Assembly (NCBI GenBank): GCA_963663965.2
Contig: CAXXFK010000028.1
Span: 128,001 to 192,000, forward strand
DNA length: 64,000 nucleotides
DNA from: Sedimentisphaerales bacterium
GTDB taxonomy: Bacteria > Planctomycetota > Phycisphaerae > Sedimentisphaerales > SM23-30
Direction of reading: 5' to 3'
Position 1 is the stretch's first letter. Each line of letters starts with the position of its first letter. The position numbers and the translations under genes are program-made. The notes below the pieces were generated by a model that was given only the letters and a program-made list of their open reading frames with translations, did no database searches and was not told the DNA's origin. This document shows, in pieces, positions 1 to 13,100 of this stretch.

Positions 1-140
1 TATGATGAATGTCTGGTTTAGTTCCGGACTTTATCCAAATATTAATTAGTGTCTTAATTTATATTTATAAATTGTAATTATGTTTAATATAAGAGCCTTG
101 TGAATTAGTTTTGCAGTGTATTTTAATGAGAGGTAGATTG

Positions 141-2864
141 ATGTTAAAAAGATTCGTTTTGTTGTTTGTATTTGTGACTTCTATATTCAGCGGGCAATTT
201 TTGTTTGCTGCTGATAATTGTGAGCTTTCGCGTAAACCATATTTAGATAATGAAGATGCTTTAGTTTTGCGTTCTAAAGATTTTTATAATGGCAACTATA
301 GCTGGCAAATAATTAAAAGTAACCAGTCTGATCAAGAAGGTGCTGTTGTTTCCAGGCCAGGTTATGTAGGTTCAGCTGCATATAATGCAATAGTACCAGG
401 TACAGTATTGAATACCCTTGTTTACAATAAGGTTTATCCTGAGCCATACTACGGCCTTAATAATGCTAAAGAAAAGAATCTTATTCCTGATATTACTGAT
501 GTTGGGGCAGAGTTTTATACCTACTGGTTCAGGACTGAGTTTGAACTGGATGATTCTTTTGTTGGCAAACAGGTAATGATGAGGTTTGACGGCATAAACT
601 ATCGTGCTGAGATCTGGCTTAATGGTCATGAAATTGGCTTAATGGCTGGTATGTTCAACAGGGGATTTTTTAATATAAGTGATTTTGTCAATAGGAATGG
701 CAAAAATGCACTTGCTGTACTTGTTCGCCCAGTTGATGTTCATGGCGGTTTTAAGAATAAATATAAGAAAGCTAGGGCAGTAGGTGAGAATAAAAACGGT
801 GGTGATGGTGAAATTGGCAAAAATGTTACTATGCTTATGTCTGTAGGTTGGGACTTTACATTTTCTGATGGTATCAGAGATCGTAATACCGGTATATGGA
901 AGGATGTTGTTATCTACCCTGTTGATTCTGTCGAACTGCGAGATACATTTGTTAAAAGTGTTCTTTCTATGCCTGATATGAAAAGCAGTGAACAGGAAAT
1001 ATCGGTCGAAATAACTAATTATGAAGATCATGCCGTTACAGGTGCAGTTAAAGCTGAAATTGATGGTATGGGTGTTAGTATCTCAAAAGATGTTGATCTT
1101 AAGGCTAATGAGACTAAGGTTGTTAAACTGTCTTCGGATGAGTACGGCTCTTTGATTTGTCAGAATCCAAAACTATGGTGGCCTATCAATAAAGGGCCGC
1201 AAAACCTGTATGAACTAAAAATGTCATTCGAGTCGCATGGTAATGTTTGTGATACGGCTAAAGCAAGATTTGCCGTCAGGAGTGTGACCAGCGATTGTAA
1301 TACTCCTGATAAGAGCAGGCAGTTTTATGTTAATGGTAAGCCAATATTCCTGCATGGAACTAACTGGATACCGGAAGCTATGTTGCGTAAGACAGATGAG
1401 CGTATGTATGCAGAGATGAGATATACTCAGCAGGCAGGTATTAACTTTATTCGCTTTTGGGCCGGTGGGATTGCTGAGTCTGATTATTTCTTCGATCTTT
1501 GTGATGAAATAGGAATTATGGTTTCTATGGAATTCTGGCTGGCCGGTGACACTGAATTGCCGCTTGACCATAAACTATACCGTAAAAATGCTGCTGATAC
1601 GATCAAGACGATCAGGAATCACCCATCTTTAGTATATTATATTTCTGCTAATGAACGCGGTACTAATAATATTGTCCAGATAAAAGATATTGTTGAAAAG
1701 CTTGACGGCACACGCGGCTATCAGGAAGCGTCTGAAATTAAAGGGATACATGATGGCAGTCCGTACAAATATGTAAATCCTATGTTCTATTATGATGATA
1801 CCGCTTCGCCTCGCGGCAGTCGTATAAATGGACTCTGTCCGGAATATGGTACTTCATGTCTGCCTACCCTTGATTGTCTGGAAGAAATGATGGACAAGAG
1901 TGATATCTGGCCGATAAATGAGAATGTCTGGAATTACCATGATGGTGGTGCTTTCCATGACATTGTCTCCAGGTATGTACCTGCCATGGAAAAATATGGC
2001 AAGATTAAGTCTGCTGAAGATCTGGCCTGGAAAGGGCAGGTTATTGGTGCTGTCGGTTACCGCAGTATCTGGGAATGCTGGACATATAATCGGGGTACAA
2101 ATGGCGATCGTTTTACTACTGGTGTCTGGTTCTGGTATCATAATAGCCCTACAAGGCAGGTTTGTGGACGTATGTGGGACTGGTCATTAGAGCCAACGGC
2201 TGCACTATATTTTTCTCAGGATGCACATGAACCTATCCATGCTCAATATGACTTCATAAAAGATACTGTTTCGCTTAATAATGAATATTATTCTCCATTT
2301 GAAGGATATGTTGCTGTTAAGGTACTTGATTTTGATTTGAATGTAAAGTTTGAGAAAGTTGTTAAGGTTCAGGCAGATGCTGATAGTGTAGCAAATGATG
2401 TATTAAAGGTTAAAATTCCTTCGAATATATCAAACGTGCATTTTATTAAGCTTAATGTTACTGATAGTAAGCACAATGCTGTTTCAGATACCTTCTACTG
2501 GCGTTCTACAGAACAGTATAATGGCAAAGACAGCTGGACCGGCCCGCTATATGGTGGGTTCGAGGAAATGCAGACATTGCCAGTTGTTAAGCTTGATGCC
2601 GTATGTGTGAATACAGGCAGTGGTTATAATGTGAAATTGACAAATAATACTAAGAGTCTTGCCTTTATGAGCAGGGTAAAACTGGCATATAGTGATTCTG
2701 GTAAACCAGTTCGTCCAGCTTTTTATAGTGATAATTATGTTTCACTTTTGCCGGGCGAATCTGTAGAAATTAGTATTGAGCCTTATGAGTCAGTAGTAAA
2801 CCCAGTTATTGTTGTAGATGGCTATAATGTTGTAAAACAGAATTTGTCTGTTCAGGGTAAATGA
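141..2864 (+). CDS. Glycoside hydrolase family 2 (beta-mannosidase / exo-beta-glucosaminidase-like), secreted
   Basis: Signal peptide; GH2 sugar-binding motifs FDGINYRAEIWLNG and LWWP; TIM-barrel motifs VNGKPIFLHGTNW, RNHPSLVYYISANE and PEYG; C-terminal SDNYVSLLPGE. ATG at 141 follows AGGT (ORF track starts at 111). Confidence 0.9.
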   Translation: MLKRFVLLFVFVTSIFSGQFLFAADNCELSRKPYLDNEDALVLRSKDFYNGNYSWQIIKSNQSDQEGAVVSRPGYVGSAAYNAIVPGTVLNTLVYNKVYPEPYYGLNNAKEKNLIPDITDVGAEFYTYWFRTEFELDDSFVGKQVMMRFDGINYRAEIWLNGHEIGLMAGMFNRGFFNISDFVNRNGKNALAVLVRPVDVHGGFKNKYKKARAVGENKNGGDGEIGKNVTMLMSVGWDFTFSDGIRDRNTGIWKDVVIYPVDSVELRDTFVKSVLSMPDMKSSEQEISVEITNYEDHAVTGAVKAEIDGMGVSISKDVDLKANETKVVKLSSDEYGSLICQNPKLWWPINKGPQNLYELKMSFESHGNVCDTAKARFAVRSVTSDCNTPDKSRQFYVNGKPIFLHGTNWIPEAMLRKTDERMYAEMRYTQQAGINFIRFWAGGIAESDYFFDLCDEIGIMVSMEFWLAGDTELPLDHKLYRKNAADTIKTIRNHPSLVYYISANERGTNNIVQIKDIVEKLDGTRGYQEASEIKGIHDGSPYKYVNPMFYYDDTASPRGSRINGLCPEYGTSCLPTLDCLEEMMDKSDIWPINENVWNYHDGGAFHDIVSRYVPAMEKYGKIKSAEDLAWKGQVIGAVGYRSIWECWTYNRGTNGDRFTTGVWFWYHNSPTRQVCGRMWDWSLEPTAALYFSQDAHEPIHAQYDFIKDTVSLNNEYYSPFEGYVAVKVLDFDLNVKFEKVVKVQADADSVANDVLKVKIPSNISNVHFIKLNVTDSKHNAVSDTFYWRSTEQYNGKDSWTGPLYGGFEEMQTLPVVKLDAVCVNTGSGYNVKLTNNTKSLAFMSRVKLAYSDSGKPVRPAFYSDNYVSLLPGESVEISIEPYESVVNPVIVVDGYNVVKQNLSVQGK

Positions 2865-3203
2865 TTAAGCTTTTTTAAGGTGTTTTGCCTATGACGTACT
2901 TCGGGCATCCATAAATGAATTGCCTTCTTTACTAAAGCGTTAAATAGTTTCGCTAGTGTTGGATAGAGTGTCCTTCACTAGCGGACTAGACGCAGAGTTT
3001 TAGTATAATTGTGATATTTGCTTGTATTATAATGAAATTTTGATTTTTTGCCTAAAAATAATATATTTAATTTGTTATAAGAATGTTAGGTATTATCTTT
3101 TATTTATTTTGATATTCTTCTAGTGATCAAATATTTCGAAACAGTTCTAAATCTTTTTAGATAATTGGTATATATGTAAGCATTTTGTAAAATGGAGGTT
3201 ATT

Positions 3204-4109
3204 ATGGAAAAAAGGAAGTCTGGATTCACTTTAATAGAATTGTTAGTTGTTATTACTATTATTGCTTTATTGGTGTCGATTCTTATGCCGTCTTTGAATA
3301 AGGCTAAGCAGCAAGCTACTGCGACTGTTTGTCTGGCTAATCTTAAATCATTATCTACTGCATATATTATGTATTCTGATTCAAATGGAGGGCATATCCC
3401 TGGTGGATTTGTCGCCAGGTCAAATCAAACTGCTTTAATTCATAAGGCTCAATGGGTCTTTGCACCACAAGATGAAAATGGTAATCCTAAAGATATCCCT
3501 AGTGCAACGGCTTATGCAACGCTTGAAGATAGGATAAATGGGATAAAACGGGGATCTCTTTGGAAATATATAAAAAAGCATGAAGTTTATAATTGTCCAG
3601 GTGATAAGAGGATGAAAAAGCCTATTTCAACTAATATGGTGAACCATGAGCTAAACTATATGATCTATAGAAGTTATAGCATTCCTGATTGTTTAAGCGG
3701 TCCGCAGAGTCCGGAAACATATGTTATTAACCCGGTAAAAATGTTTAACAGGGTGAAAACCCCTACAGAGAAGTATTGCTTTATTGAAGTAGCTGATCCA
3801 GGTGATGGCGGTTTTAATTATAATCATGGGGGATGGTCTTTCAATCCGTGGGGGCTTAATCGCCCATGGGATCCGATGGCTCCGTTTCATAATAGTAGCG
3901 GTATATTTGCATTTATGGATGGTCATGCAGAAAGGCATAAATGGGAGCATCAGAATACTGTTGATTTTTGTGAGTCCGGTATGTACGGCAGTAATTGGGG
4001 GGTACCTTATAGTCCAGTTGAAATGGATGCTACTGGTTATCCTAATAAAGATGTGTACTGGCTGGTAAGAGGATGGGCAAGCGACTGGGCTCAGAAAATG
4101 ACTTATTGA
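3204..4109 (+). CDS. Prepilin-type N-terminal cleavage/methylation protein with H-X9-DG motif (planctomycete DUF1559-like)
   Basis: GFTLIELLVVITIIALLVSILMPSL...CLANLK; YNCPGD; HNSSGIFAFMDGH. GGAGG lies upstream of ATG 3204. Confidence 0.9.
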   Translation: MEKRKSGFTLIELLVVITIIALLVSILMPSLNKAKQQATATVCLANLKSLSTAYIMYSDSNGGHIPGGFVARSNQTALIHKAQWVFAPQDENGNPKDIPSATAYATLEDRINGIKRGSLWKYIKKHEVYNCPGDKRMKKPISTNMVNHELNYMIYRSYSIPDCLSGPQSPETYVINPVKMFNRVKTPTEKYCFIEVADPGDGGFNYNHGGWSFNPWGLNRPWDPMAPFHNSSGIFAFMDGHAERHKWEHQNTVDFCESGMYGSNWGVPYSPVEMDATGYPNKDVYWLVRGWASDWAQKMTY

Positions 4110-4235
4110 TCTTGAAGGTGCTATAATGCGATTTATTCTTTTGTTATTTTGTTTTTGTTTATTGGTAAGTTATCAATCCGCTTATGCTGAAGATGGCTTA
4201 TAGTACGTTATTTGTGTTTTTTTGAAAGGTTTTGT

Positions 4236-5300
4236 ATGAAATTTAAGTTTTTGGCTCTTATTGTGATGTGTTTAGCTGCTAGTTTGCAGGCTTCAGCGAT
4301 AAATATTTCAGATAAGGGGTCTGTGGAAAAGTATGGAAAGTTAGTAGTAAAAGAGCTGCTTTCCAGGAAATTCCAGTTTTCTGGCAGGGGTGGTCTCGAT
4401 TATCCTGAAGTTTGTGCGGCATTGGGGGCTTTCAGATTCTCTCAGTGTGTGGATGATAAAGAAAGCATAGATAATCTTATCAAAAGATATGAGGATTTCC
4501 TTGGTAGCGACAATTCATTAATTGATACCTATGAGCACGTGGATCATAATGTTAAGGGGCTAGTTCCGCTACAGATTTTCATTGTAAATCATGATGAGCG
4601 TTATGAAAAAGTTGGGCTTGAATACGCTGACAGGCAGTGGGCTAAAGAGATCGATGGTGGCTTGTCATTTCAGACCCGGTGGTGGATTGATGATATGTAT
4701 ATGGTCGGTAGTTTGCAGATGCAGGCATATCGGGCAACTGGCAATGTTGGATATGCTGATAAGGCAGCCAGGCAGATTCATGCATATGTTGACAGACTAC
4801 AGCAGGCAAACGGCCTCTTTTATCACGGCCCTGAGTTTCCTTTCTATTGGGGGCGTGGGAATGGATGGGTTGCTTCGGCTTTTGCTGAAATACTGAGAGA
4901 TCTGCCTGAAGATAATAAGCACAGGGCGGCTATTGTGGCTAGTTATAAGAAGATGATGGAGTCTTTATTGGAGTATCAGTCTGAAAATGGGCTATGGAGG
5001 CAATTGGTCGATAATAAATATTCCTGGACAGAAACTTCTTGTACTGCCATGTTTGCTTACTCAATGGCTGTTGGGGTTAAGCTGGGCATTCTCGAAAAGG
5101 GCATATATGAGCCAGCAGTTATTAAAGCATGGCAAGGCTTATGCTGGCATGTAAACAGAGATGGCAAGATAAGAGACGTCTGCATGGGGACAAATCAGGT
5201 AAATGATGTTGAGTTTTATCTAAACCGTCCAAGAGCTACGGGTGATCTGCATGGACAGGCACCGTTTTTGTGGTTAGCAGCTGAATTACTTTCTGAGTAA
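4236..5300 (+). CDS. Glycoside hydrolase family 105/88 (unsaturated rhamnogalacturonyl/glucuronyl hydrolase)
   Basis: WWIDDMYM, NGLFYHG, WGRGNGW, GLWRQL, ETSCTAMF, DLHGQAPFL motifs; signal peptide. Confidence 0.9.
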   Translation: MKFKFLALIVMCLAASLQASAINISDKGSVEKYGKLVVKELLSRKFQFSGRGGLDYPEVCAALGAFRFSQCVDDKESIDNLIKRYEDFLGSDNSLIDTYEHVDHNVKGLVPLQIFIVNHDERYEKVGLEYADRQWAKEIDGGLSFQTRWWIDDMYMVGSLQMQAYRATGNVGYADKAARQIHAYVDRLQQANGLFYHGPEFPFYWGRGNGWVASAFAEILRDLPEDNKHRAAIVASYKKMMESLLEYQSENGLWRQLVDNKYSWTETSCTAMFAYSMAVGVKLGILEKGIYEPAVIKAWQGLCWHVNRDGKIRDVCMGTNQVNDVEFYLNRPRATGDLHGQAPFLWLAAELLSE

Positions 5301-5328
5301 AATGCCTTAATGGAAATTCCATTCTGTG

Positions 5329-6414
5329 TTATTCGCTTGCTGGTGTGCCAGATGGTTTTTCTATTTGTTGTGTTATAGATAATGGCATGCCGAAGTCTGG
5401 CATGTCATTACTTTTCCAGTGTATTCTTTGTGCTCGCGGCGAACGGGTATTGCCGCAACCATCATCCGGGTTATTGTTAGCGTGGTATAATATCCAGTCT
5501 TCTGTGTCGTCCGGACTTTTGAAAAAACAGTTATGGCCAGTTCCATATACGCCATTTTCAGGTGATTGGTAAAAAACGGGAACTTCTGATTTAGTCCATG
5601 ATTCCGGATTTAATGGGGCGCTGTTTATGTCAGCTGTCAGCATCCCTAATGCATAATAAGGAGTCCAGCAGCCGCTGCAGGAGTAGATTAAATGCATTTT
5701 GCTGCCATGTGTCAGGAATTGTGGTCCCTCATTGACATATATGGGGAATTCCAGTTTGGCTGTCTGCTGGTAGTCCCACTTGCGTTCCCAGTCATATTCT
5801 GGTTCGTTTAGTTGTACACGCTCGGTTGCAACAGTCCAGGGATTTGCCATTTTTGCTATATAAATTCTCTGGGTTTCAATGTCAACTTTTGGTTCTCTCC
5901 AGCCAGACCATAGAAGGTATAGCTCTCCATTTAGTTCAAACACTGTTCCATCAATTGCCCAGTTATCAGCCTTGTCAGTCTTGAGTCTTGCTTTCATCGT
6001 GAAGTTGCCTTCGAATGGATCACTGTTTTGGTTCTCCAGGACAAATAGTCTGTGGTTGTGATGGTTGCCGTCATCCGCCGCATAATAAACATACCAAGCG
6101 CCTTGAAGGTAGTGGATTTCAGGTGCCCAAAGATCATGTGAATGGTCGGTATTGTCTGGAGCCTGCCATATTATTTTTTGGTCAGCATTTGCCAGTTTTG
6201 TTATGTCAGGTGTTTTAAGTAGTATAAGGCTTTTGTTTTGGGATTTTATGTAATAATAATTGCCATCTAAAAAGAATACCCATGGGTCTGGCCCGGATTG
6301 TAGAAGCGGGTTGGTGAAGGTTTCAGTGGTTTCTATCTTGTGGTATTTGCAGCCATTTATGGCAAATAGACAAAATATCAATATAGCTGTTGTAGAGAAT
6401 AAAGTTTTGTTCAT
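5329..6414 (-). CDS. Glycoside hydrolase family 43 (alpha-L-arabinofuranosidase-like), probable lipoprotein
   Basis: GPDPW, LWAPEIH, WAIDGT, VNEGPQ, GTGHNCF and ILYHA motifs; lipobox-like INGC. Confidence 0.9.
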   Translation of the reverse strand: MNKTLFSTTAILIFCLFAINGCKYHKIETTETFTNPLLQSGPDPWVFFLDGNYYYIKSQNKSLILLKTPDITKLANADQKIIWQAPDNTDHSHDLWAPEIHYLQGAWYVYYAADDGNHHNHRLFVLENQNSDPFEGNFTMKARLKTDKADNWAIDGTVFELNGELYLLWSGWREPKVDIETQRIYIAKMANPWTVATERVQLNEPEYDWERKWDYQQTAKLEFPIYVNEGPQFLTHGSKMHLIYSCSGCWTPYYALGMLTADINSAPLNPESWTKSEVPVFYQSPENGVYGTGHNCFFKSPDDTEDWILYHANNNPDDGCGNTRSPRAQRIHWKSNDMPDFGMPLSITQQIEKPSGTPASE

Positions 6415-7166
6415 GGGTGCAACCTAAGAGCTTGAGTAATGTTATATAATGATTATCTATTGGAGAATGATACTTACAAATTAGCTATTTTTCAAATAAT
6501 AAGATGGGGTTTTGTGTGCTGAGGAACAAGAAAGATTTTTATTCTTTTTTGTTAGAGGTTTTTTGCTCTTGAAAATGCGGGCTGTGTAATAAGTATTTGT
6601 TTTTAAGAATGTTACATGTCGTCCTTTTCTTTGTATTATTGTGGATGTGTCTGTTTTGTTGTTATTTATGTAAATTTACTTTATTGGACTATTTAGTGTA
6701 GTGTGGTGTTAAAAAGTATTACTGGCTGTTTTTACATTATTTTAACAAATAATTGATATTGACTATGTTTTTACGTATGCCTATAATTCAGCGTAACGTA
6801 TATTTGTACGTTGTGTAGCGTTTATTTGTATAAATATTAGACTAGACATCCTTTTTTATAGTTTTATTTATGATTTTTGTAAAGGTGTGTTTTGAGGATG
6901 GTTTTTTACTATTTGATGCTTTAGGTTAAAAATAGTGAAATAATAATCGTATTTTAATACGGTTTAAATGAATCTGTGCTCTAATGTCTGGCGTAGATGA
7001 ATGTGCTACATATAACTGGGAGAATTGTTTTTACGGCAGTTCTATATTATAAGTAAAGATAACTAAGAGATAATATTTTATTTAAGTTATTGCTTTGGGG
7101 TGAAATCAGATAATAGCAGTTCATGGATGAATTTGCGAAATAGTTTTGTTCCGGCAATGATGGATT

Positions 7167-10100
7167 ATGAGGAACTTAGAGATGGTCAGAAAATCTATTC
7201 TGTTATTAGTGTTATTATTTAATGCTATAGCGGTGTTCCCGCTTCTTTCTCAAACTGTCATTCCTGTCTCAGACGCTGTTACTACGTCTGTGCCTATTGT
7301 TGCTGGCGATGGTATTAAGTGTGATATCTTTCTCGGACTAGGTGGTGGAACTGTAGATGAAGCCAGGCAGAACGCTGTAGAAGCCGCAACATATGATGCG
7401 ACTTTGTTGAGCCCATATATCGATTTTCCAAGTACTGGAAATACAGTTACGATAAGTGCTAGTTCTTTTGCTGGATTTTTTAGTAATACGATCTATGCTC
7501 CTGACTCTGTTAGGACTCTACTGCCAAGCGGGTTCATTCTTAGATGTACAGCTCTTTTGAAAGTAACTAAAGACCTTGACATTGATACTTCGACAGATGC
7601 TATCGATTTAAGAATAGATGTTGGTTCTGATGATGGATACAGGCTTGTTGTTGGTGGTAATGTATTGGGTTACTGTGGAGATAGAGGATTTGGCTGGTCT
7701 TACCATTCAGTTTCGTTTGAGAGTGAAGGGTTATATGAGCTATATTTCCTGTTTTCGGCTAATAATTCCAGCTATAGTGGCGTTGACCTAAAATGGTATG
7801 TCAATAATGGTGGAACTTTGGTTCAGCAGTTTATACCGCAGAGTGTGTTATATCAGACTCAGGCAGGCTGCAGCTACCAGGTTGAATTTGATGATCTTGC
7901 TGCCGGAACAGCTCTTTTTGACCAGTATTCCAGCCAGGGTGGAATGTTTTTTGTGTTGGGTGGTAATATTCAAGTAACAGATAGTTATCCAGAAGATTTT
8001 GTGCCGGTAAGTGGTAGTAACGTTCTGGCAGATCCGAATAATCCGCCGACAGAGCCAGGGATCCTTATGGTTAGCTTTGTTGATCCTTCTGATAATGAAC
8101 CGGCGACGGTGAGGTATTTTAGTACGTATGTGATAGATGCAGAGGATGATGGCGCTGTTCTGACAGCATTTGATGTCTCAGGTGATGTGATTGATACTGT
8201 ATCTGTTCAGGGGACTGGCGGAGCTTCACAATATCAGGCAGTATTTGATAATGTCGGTGATATTGCATATGTGATGATCTTCTTAGGTAGTACGACTGAT
8301 GCTTGTGCTTTGGATAAAATGTGCTGGGCAGAGCCGCAGGAAATAATGCTTCCTGATATCTCGATGGATACCCTGACTACCGCAGTAAAAGGCTGGGGAG
8401 CCGGGACAATAGCGACAACTCTGACCGTTAGTAATACAGGGAAGAGTTTGGTCTCTGGCTTTGATGTTTCTTATTACTTATCTGATGATAATGTTTTAGA
8501 TGTAGATGATACCTATTGTGATATTGTCACTATTGGTGCGAGTATCGCCGCTGGTGAGACTGTAGTTGTGCCGGTAGATGTTCAATTGCCGGATGATATA
8601 TCTGGTGATAAATGGTTGATAGCAGTAGCTGATGAAGCCGGAGCTGTGGTGGAGTTTCCTGATAACAGCTCAAATACTGTTGTTTCCAGTTCGTCGTTTG
8701 TAACTGCTACAGATCATGAACCACCTGTGGTATATTCACATAAGCCGGATTCGCTGGTTCACCCTGGTGTTTCTAGTATAGAGTTTGAGCTGTCGGCTGA
8801 TATCGATCCTAATACTGTTGTTGCAGATAATATTTACCTTGCTGATCCTGACGGCATAGAAGTAGAACTTATTAGTGTCTTCGATGATGCGGATTCCTGG
8901 GTAATAACTTTCATAAAACAGAAGACAGAGGGTGCTTATACCTTTATTTTAAGTGCTGGCATTACAGATATGGCAGGTAATCCGTTGGATGGTAACCTGG
9001 ACGGTGTCGGAGGGGATGACTTTATCTCTGGTTTTGAGATTACCTCTGAACCTATTCAAACATCATTACATAACTGGGAACAGCATGGCCCTGTTGGAAA
9101 TGGTAACTGGACAGTGTCTGCTGATGGCAGTACTGTGTATCAATCAATAAATGGCAATCCTACTTTCTTTATTAGTGATTTTGAACTTACAAATTCCAGA
9201 TTTGAAGGTACATTCTCAACCTCAGATGGTGATGATGACTTTATGGGTTTTGTATTTGCATTCAATGATCTTGATGAGGATGTTGTTACACTCGATCAGC
9301 CGTTTTATCTGTTCCAATGGAAACAAAATAATCAGAGTAGCGGAGAGAGAGGGTTTAAGTTAATAAAAGTAATTAACCCTGTTTCGTATGATTACTGGAA
9401 TGCAGAAACAGATGCTAATGCAACTGTTTTACATACTAATTTATCCGTTGGTTGGGTTAGAAATGTTCAATATTACTTCTCATTATCCTATAAGCCGGAA
9501 GAGGGCGAAATGCGAGTAATCGTTAAGCCTGCGGCTGATTCATTGCCAGAAGATTATATTTATGATAGTGGCCTGATCGTTGATACTGATCCATTGGGAA
9601 CAGGCAGGGTAGGTTTCTATAACTATTCACAGGCTAAGGTAACTTACTCAGGCTTTAGCTCATCTGCATTATTGCCGCCAGTAGCTGATGCAGGGGGACC
9701 ATATACTTTTGATGTTAATACTTCTGAGATCACTCTGTCAGCATTGAACAGTAATGACCCGGATGGCACATTTACCGGGTTTGACGGTATTGTCGATGTA
9801 CAGTGGGATTTGGGCAGTGATGGTATTGATGATCTTGATCTTGCACTGGTTAATGGTGAAGAAGCGATTTCAATTGATACCGCTATAGCAAAGGGCTTAA
9901 CTGTTGCTGACTACCTTCCTGTTACCCTAACTATTTACGATGAAGATAATCTTTCATCAACCACGACAACAAGAATTTATTATAGCAGTGTAATGCCTGT
10001 AATAGCAGCAAATGGGCCATATGGTCCGGTTGACCCGGATGGTTCTTTGACTTTGGCTGGTTTCGCTGACGACGATGACCTTTATGTGAGTGTTGGTGAG

Positions 10101-13100
10101 TCGCTGAAGATAGAGTGGGATACATCAGCTGCTGCTTCTGCCAGTGATATAGGAAATGGTTTTGCTTCTACTTTAGATGCTGAAATAAGTTACGCTGATC
10201 TGGTAAATATTTATAAGGCATATGGTGATACAATATATCTGAATGTGGCGGATGCTGCCGGGCTTGTCGCTAGTGTTTCTACTGTATTTTCAATAGCAGC
10301 TCCAGATATTAAAGGTGAGTCTGCCCAGGTTGGTTCATTTGTTGTTGCTGGCGAGTCTATGGATATTAGCTGGTCTGGATTAAATGCCAGCAGTGTGCCA
10401 ACTCCTCAAGGAAAGTGGCGTGATAAGCTCATACTGCATGATAATGCTGTTTATGGCGATGGCAGTGAATATACTGTACTGGCGAATGTTAACCGTATAT
10501 ATGATACAGCCGTAGGCAGATGGGAATCATATCAGAATCTGGCTACAGTAAACTTCCCTTCAACAGGGGTTACAGGGCAGAGATACTTATTCATTGAGCT
10601 TGACAACAATGATAGTCTGTATGAAACTAATGAATCTAATAACATTATGGGACCGTTCCCGATTTTTATACAGCCAGCACCTGTAGCTGATCTTGATGTG
10701 ATAAACTTTGAGTTCCCGGCTACCGTTGTTACTGGCGGCACTGCACTGGCAAGCTGGTCTGTTCTTAACTCTGGAACAGGTGTTACTGCTACTACTGCAG
10801 GTGTCACGGTTGACAGCTGGGTAGATAAGGTGGTCTTAAGTACTGATACTGTAGTTAGTGCAAATGATATTATTCTGGCTAATGCTTCTATTAGCGGGCC
10901 GGTTACACCTGGTGACAGCTACAGTAATAGTACAACTATAATTATTCCGCCTACTCTTGATGCTGGGGATTATTATGTTATTCTATCTGCAGATGTTAAT
11001 AACAATGTTTACGAAGATGGTATTGAAAGTAATAATGTTGCAGTTCTGGATCACCTTGTATCTGTTAGCAAGCCGGAAGGCGATTATATTGGTCCTAAGA
11101 TCATTTCGCAGATTCCATCTGGCACAATTGATACTGAATTCTCTGAAATGGTTCTGGAATTCAATGAACCGATCAATACCGCAACATTAAGTGTTGCTGA
11201 TATGCTTCTGGTTGGCCCTGGCAATGAGACTATTACAGTAAATGATATCTCAGTTGATACTAATGGTTCACTTGTTACGATCAGTTTTGATACACAGGTG
11301 TCAGAAGGTCAATATGCTCTGAGGTTTGGACCATTTGTTGCAGACCTTTCTGGTAACTGGATGGATCAGAATGAAAATCTATATGCTGGTGAACAGCCGG
11401 AAGATATATATGAATCTAAATTCACATTGATATATCCAGAAACTCCGGATACTATACCTCCTCATATTATTTCATATAGTCCTGTTTCTAGCTATGATTC
11501 TATCAGGTATGTCGAGGTGATATTTAGTGAGCTTATGGATGGTTCTTCAATAGACTATGAATCGTTTATAATTAAAAATCCGATTGGCGGACTTATCTCT
11601 GGTATTGGTGCTCAGTATTACGGCAATAACAAATACAGAATTTATATCCCTGAGCAGGATAGTATTAACGGTGAATATACCTTATATATTCAGCCTGAAA
11701 TGACAGATACTTCTGGCAACTTCCTGGACCAGGACGGTAATGGTATCGGCGGTGAAGGCAGCGATGTGTTTTCTGGTACGATAACACTGAGTATTCCACC
11801 GGATGTAACTGGTCCAAGTGTTGAAGGTTATGGTCCTACCTATAGTAACCTTGCAATCAGTTCATTTGATATTGGCTTCTCTGAGCCGATTCTTTTCGAA
11901 TCTGATTTGCTGCATAGTTCATTTACTGAAAGTGATATTACTGTTTGGGGACCATCTGGTGAAGTTATACCTGTGACTGTAACTCAGCAGGATCCTCATG
12001 TTTTCACTATATCATTTAGCGAATGGACTCAGGAAGGTATCTATACTTTTGCTGTTGGTCCTGATATCAAAGACAGGGCAGGCAACCTGATGGATCAGAA
12101 TAAAAATGGTACTAATGGTGAAGCTTCAGATGTGTTCAACGGCAGTGTACAGCTAGAGTTTGTATATGATGTTGTTGGACCTGTTGTTATGTCTGTTTCA
12201 CCTGGCTATGTTTATGAAGAGCTGGATAGTATTGAAGTTCGTTTTTCTGAGGCAGTAAAACAGTCGACTGTTTCAACCGCAGACTTTGAACTTATTGCTC
12301 CAGATGGCAGCTCTGTTACCGGTTTTGCCCTAACTCGTGTAAGTGATACTCGCTACAGATTAGATTTCAGCCCGATCAAGGCACTTGGTGATTATGTTCT
12401 GAACATAGGACCATATATTACGGATGTGTCAGATAACCTGATGAATCAGGATCAGGACTCTATAAATGGAGAGCCGACCGATGACTATTATAGCCGTACG
12501 ATTCAGATTCTAGGTGTTCCAGACTTTGCTATAAGCAGTTTTAATGCTCCTACTATCGGTGATAGCGGTGATGATATTGAAGTGTCTTATACGGTTTCTA
12601 ATATTGGAACTGGGGCTTTGCTCAATGGTTCGTGGAATGACCGTATTGTACTTAGCTCGGACAATATTCTGGGTAATTCTGACGATCAGACATTGCCGGT
12701 TAATCCTTCTGGTGCATATAATGGTGGTTTGAGTAAAGGCCAGAGCTATTCAGCTGACGGCTTGCTTGTGACTATTCCGGAGAGTGCCCATGGTAATTAT
12801 TATCTGTTTGTTCAGACCGATTACTCTGGCAATATTACAGAAACCAACGAAGGTAATAATTATTCAGTAAGATCGATAAATATCCGCAAACAGGATATTG
12901 GTCTGAATGCAGTTGATATCAGCTTTAACCCGGTATCGCCATCTGAAAGTCAGGACTTTACCGTCTCTGTTAAAGTCCATAACTATGGCGATGATGACAT
13001 TGTAACTGATGTTGTTGTTTATGATGGTGCAGTTGCTACAGGCACCATAATTGAAACTATTACAGGGGTACTGGTTGAAGCGGGCTCTGTTAATTCAGTT

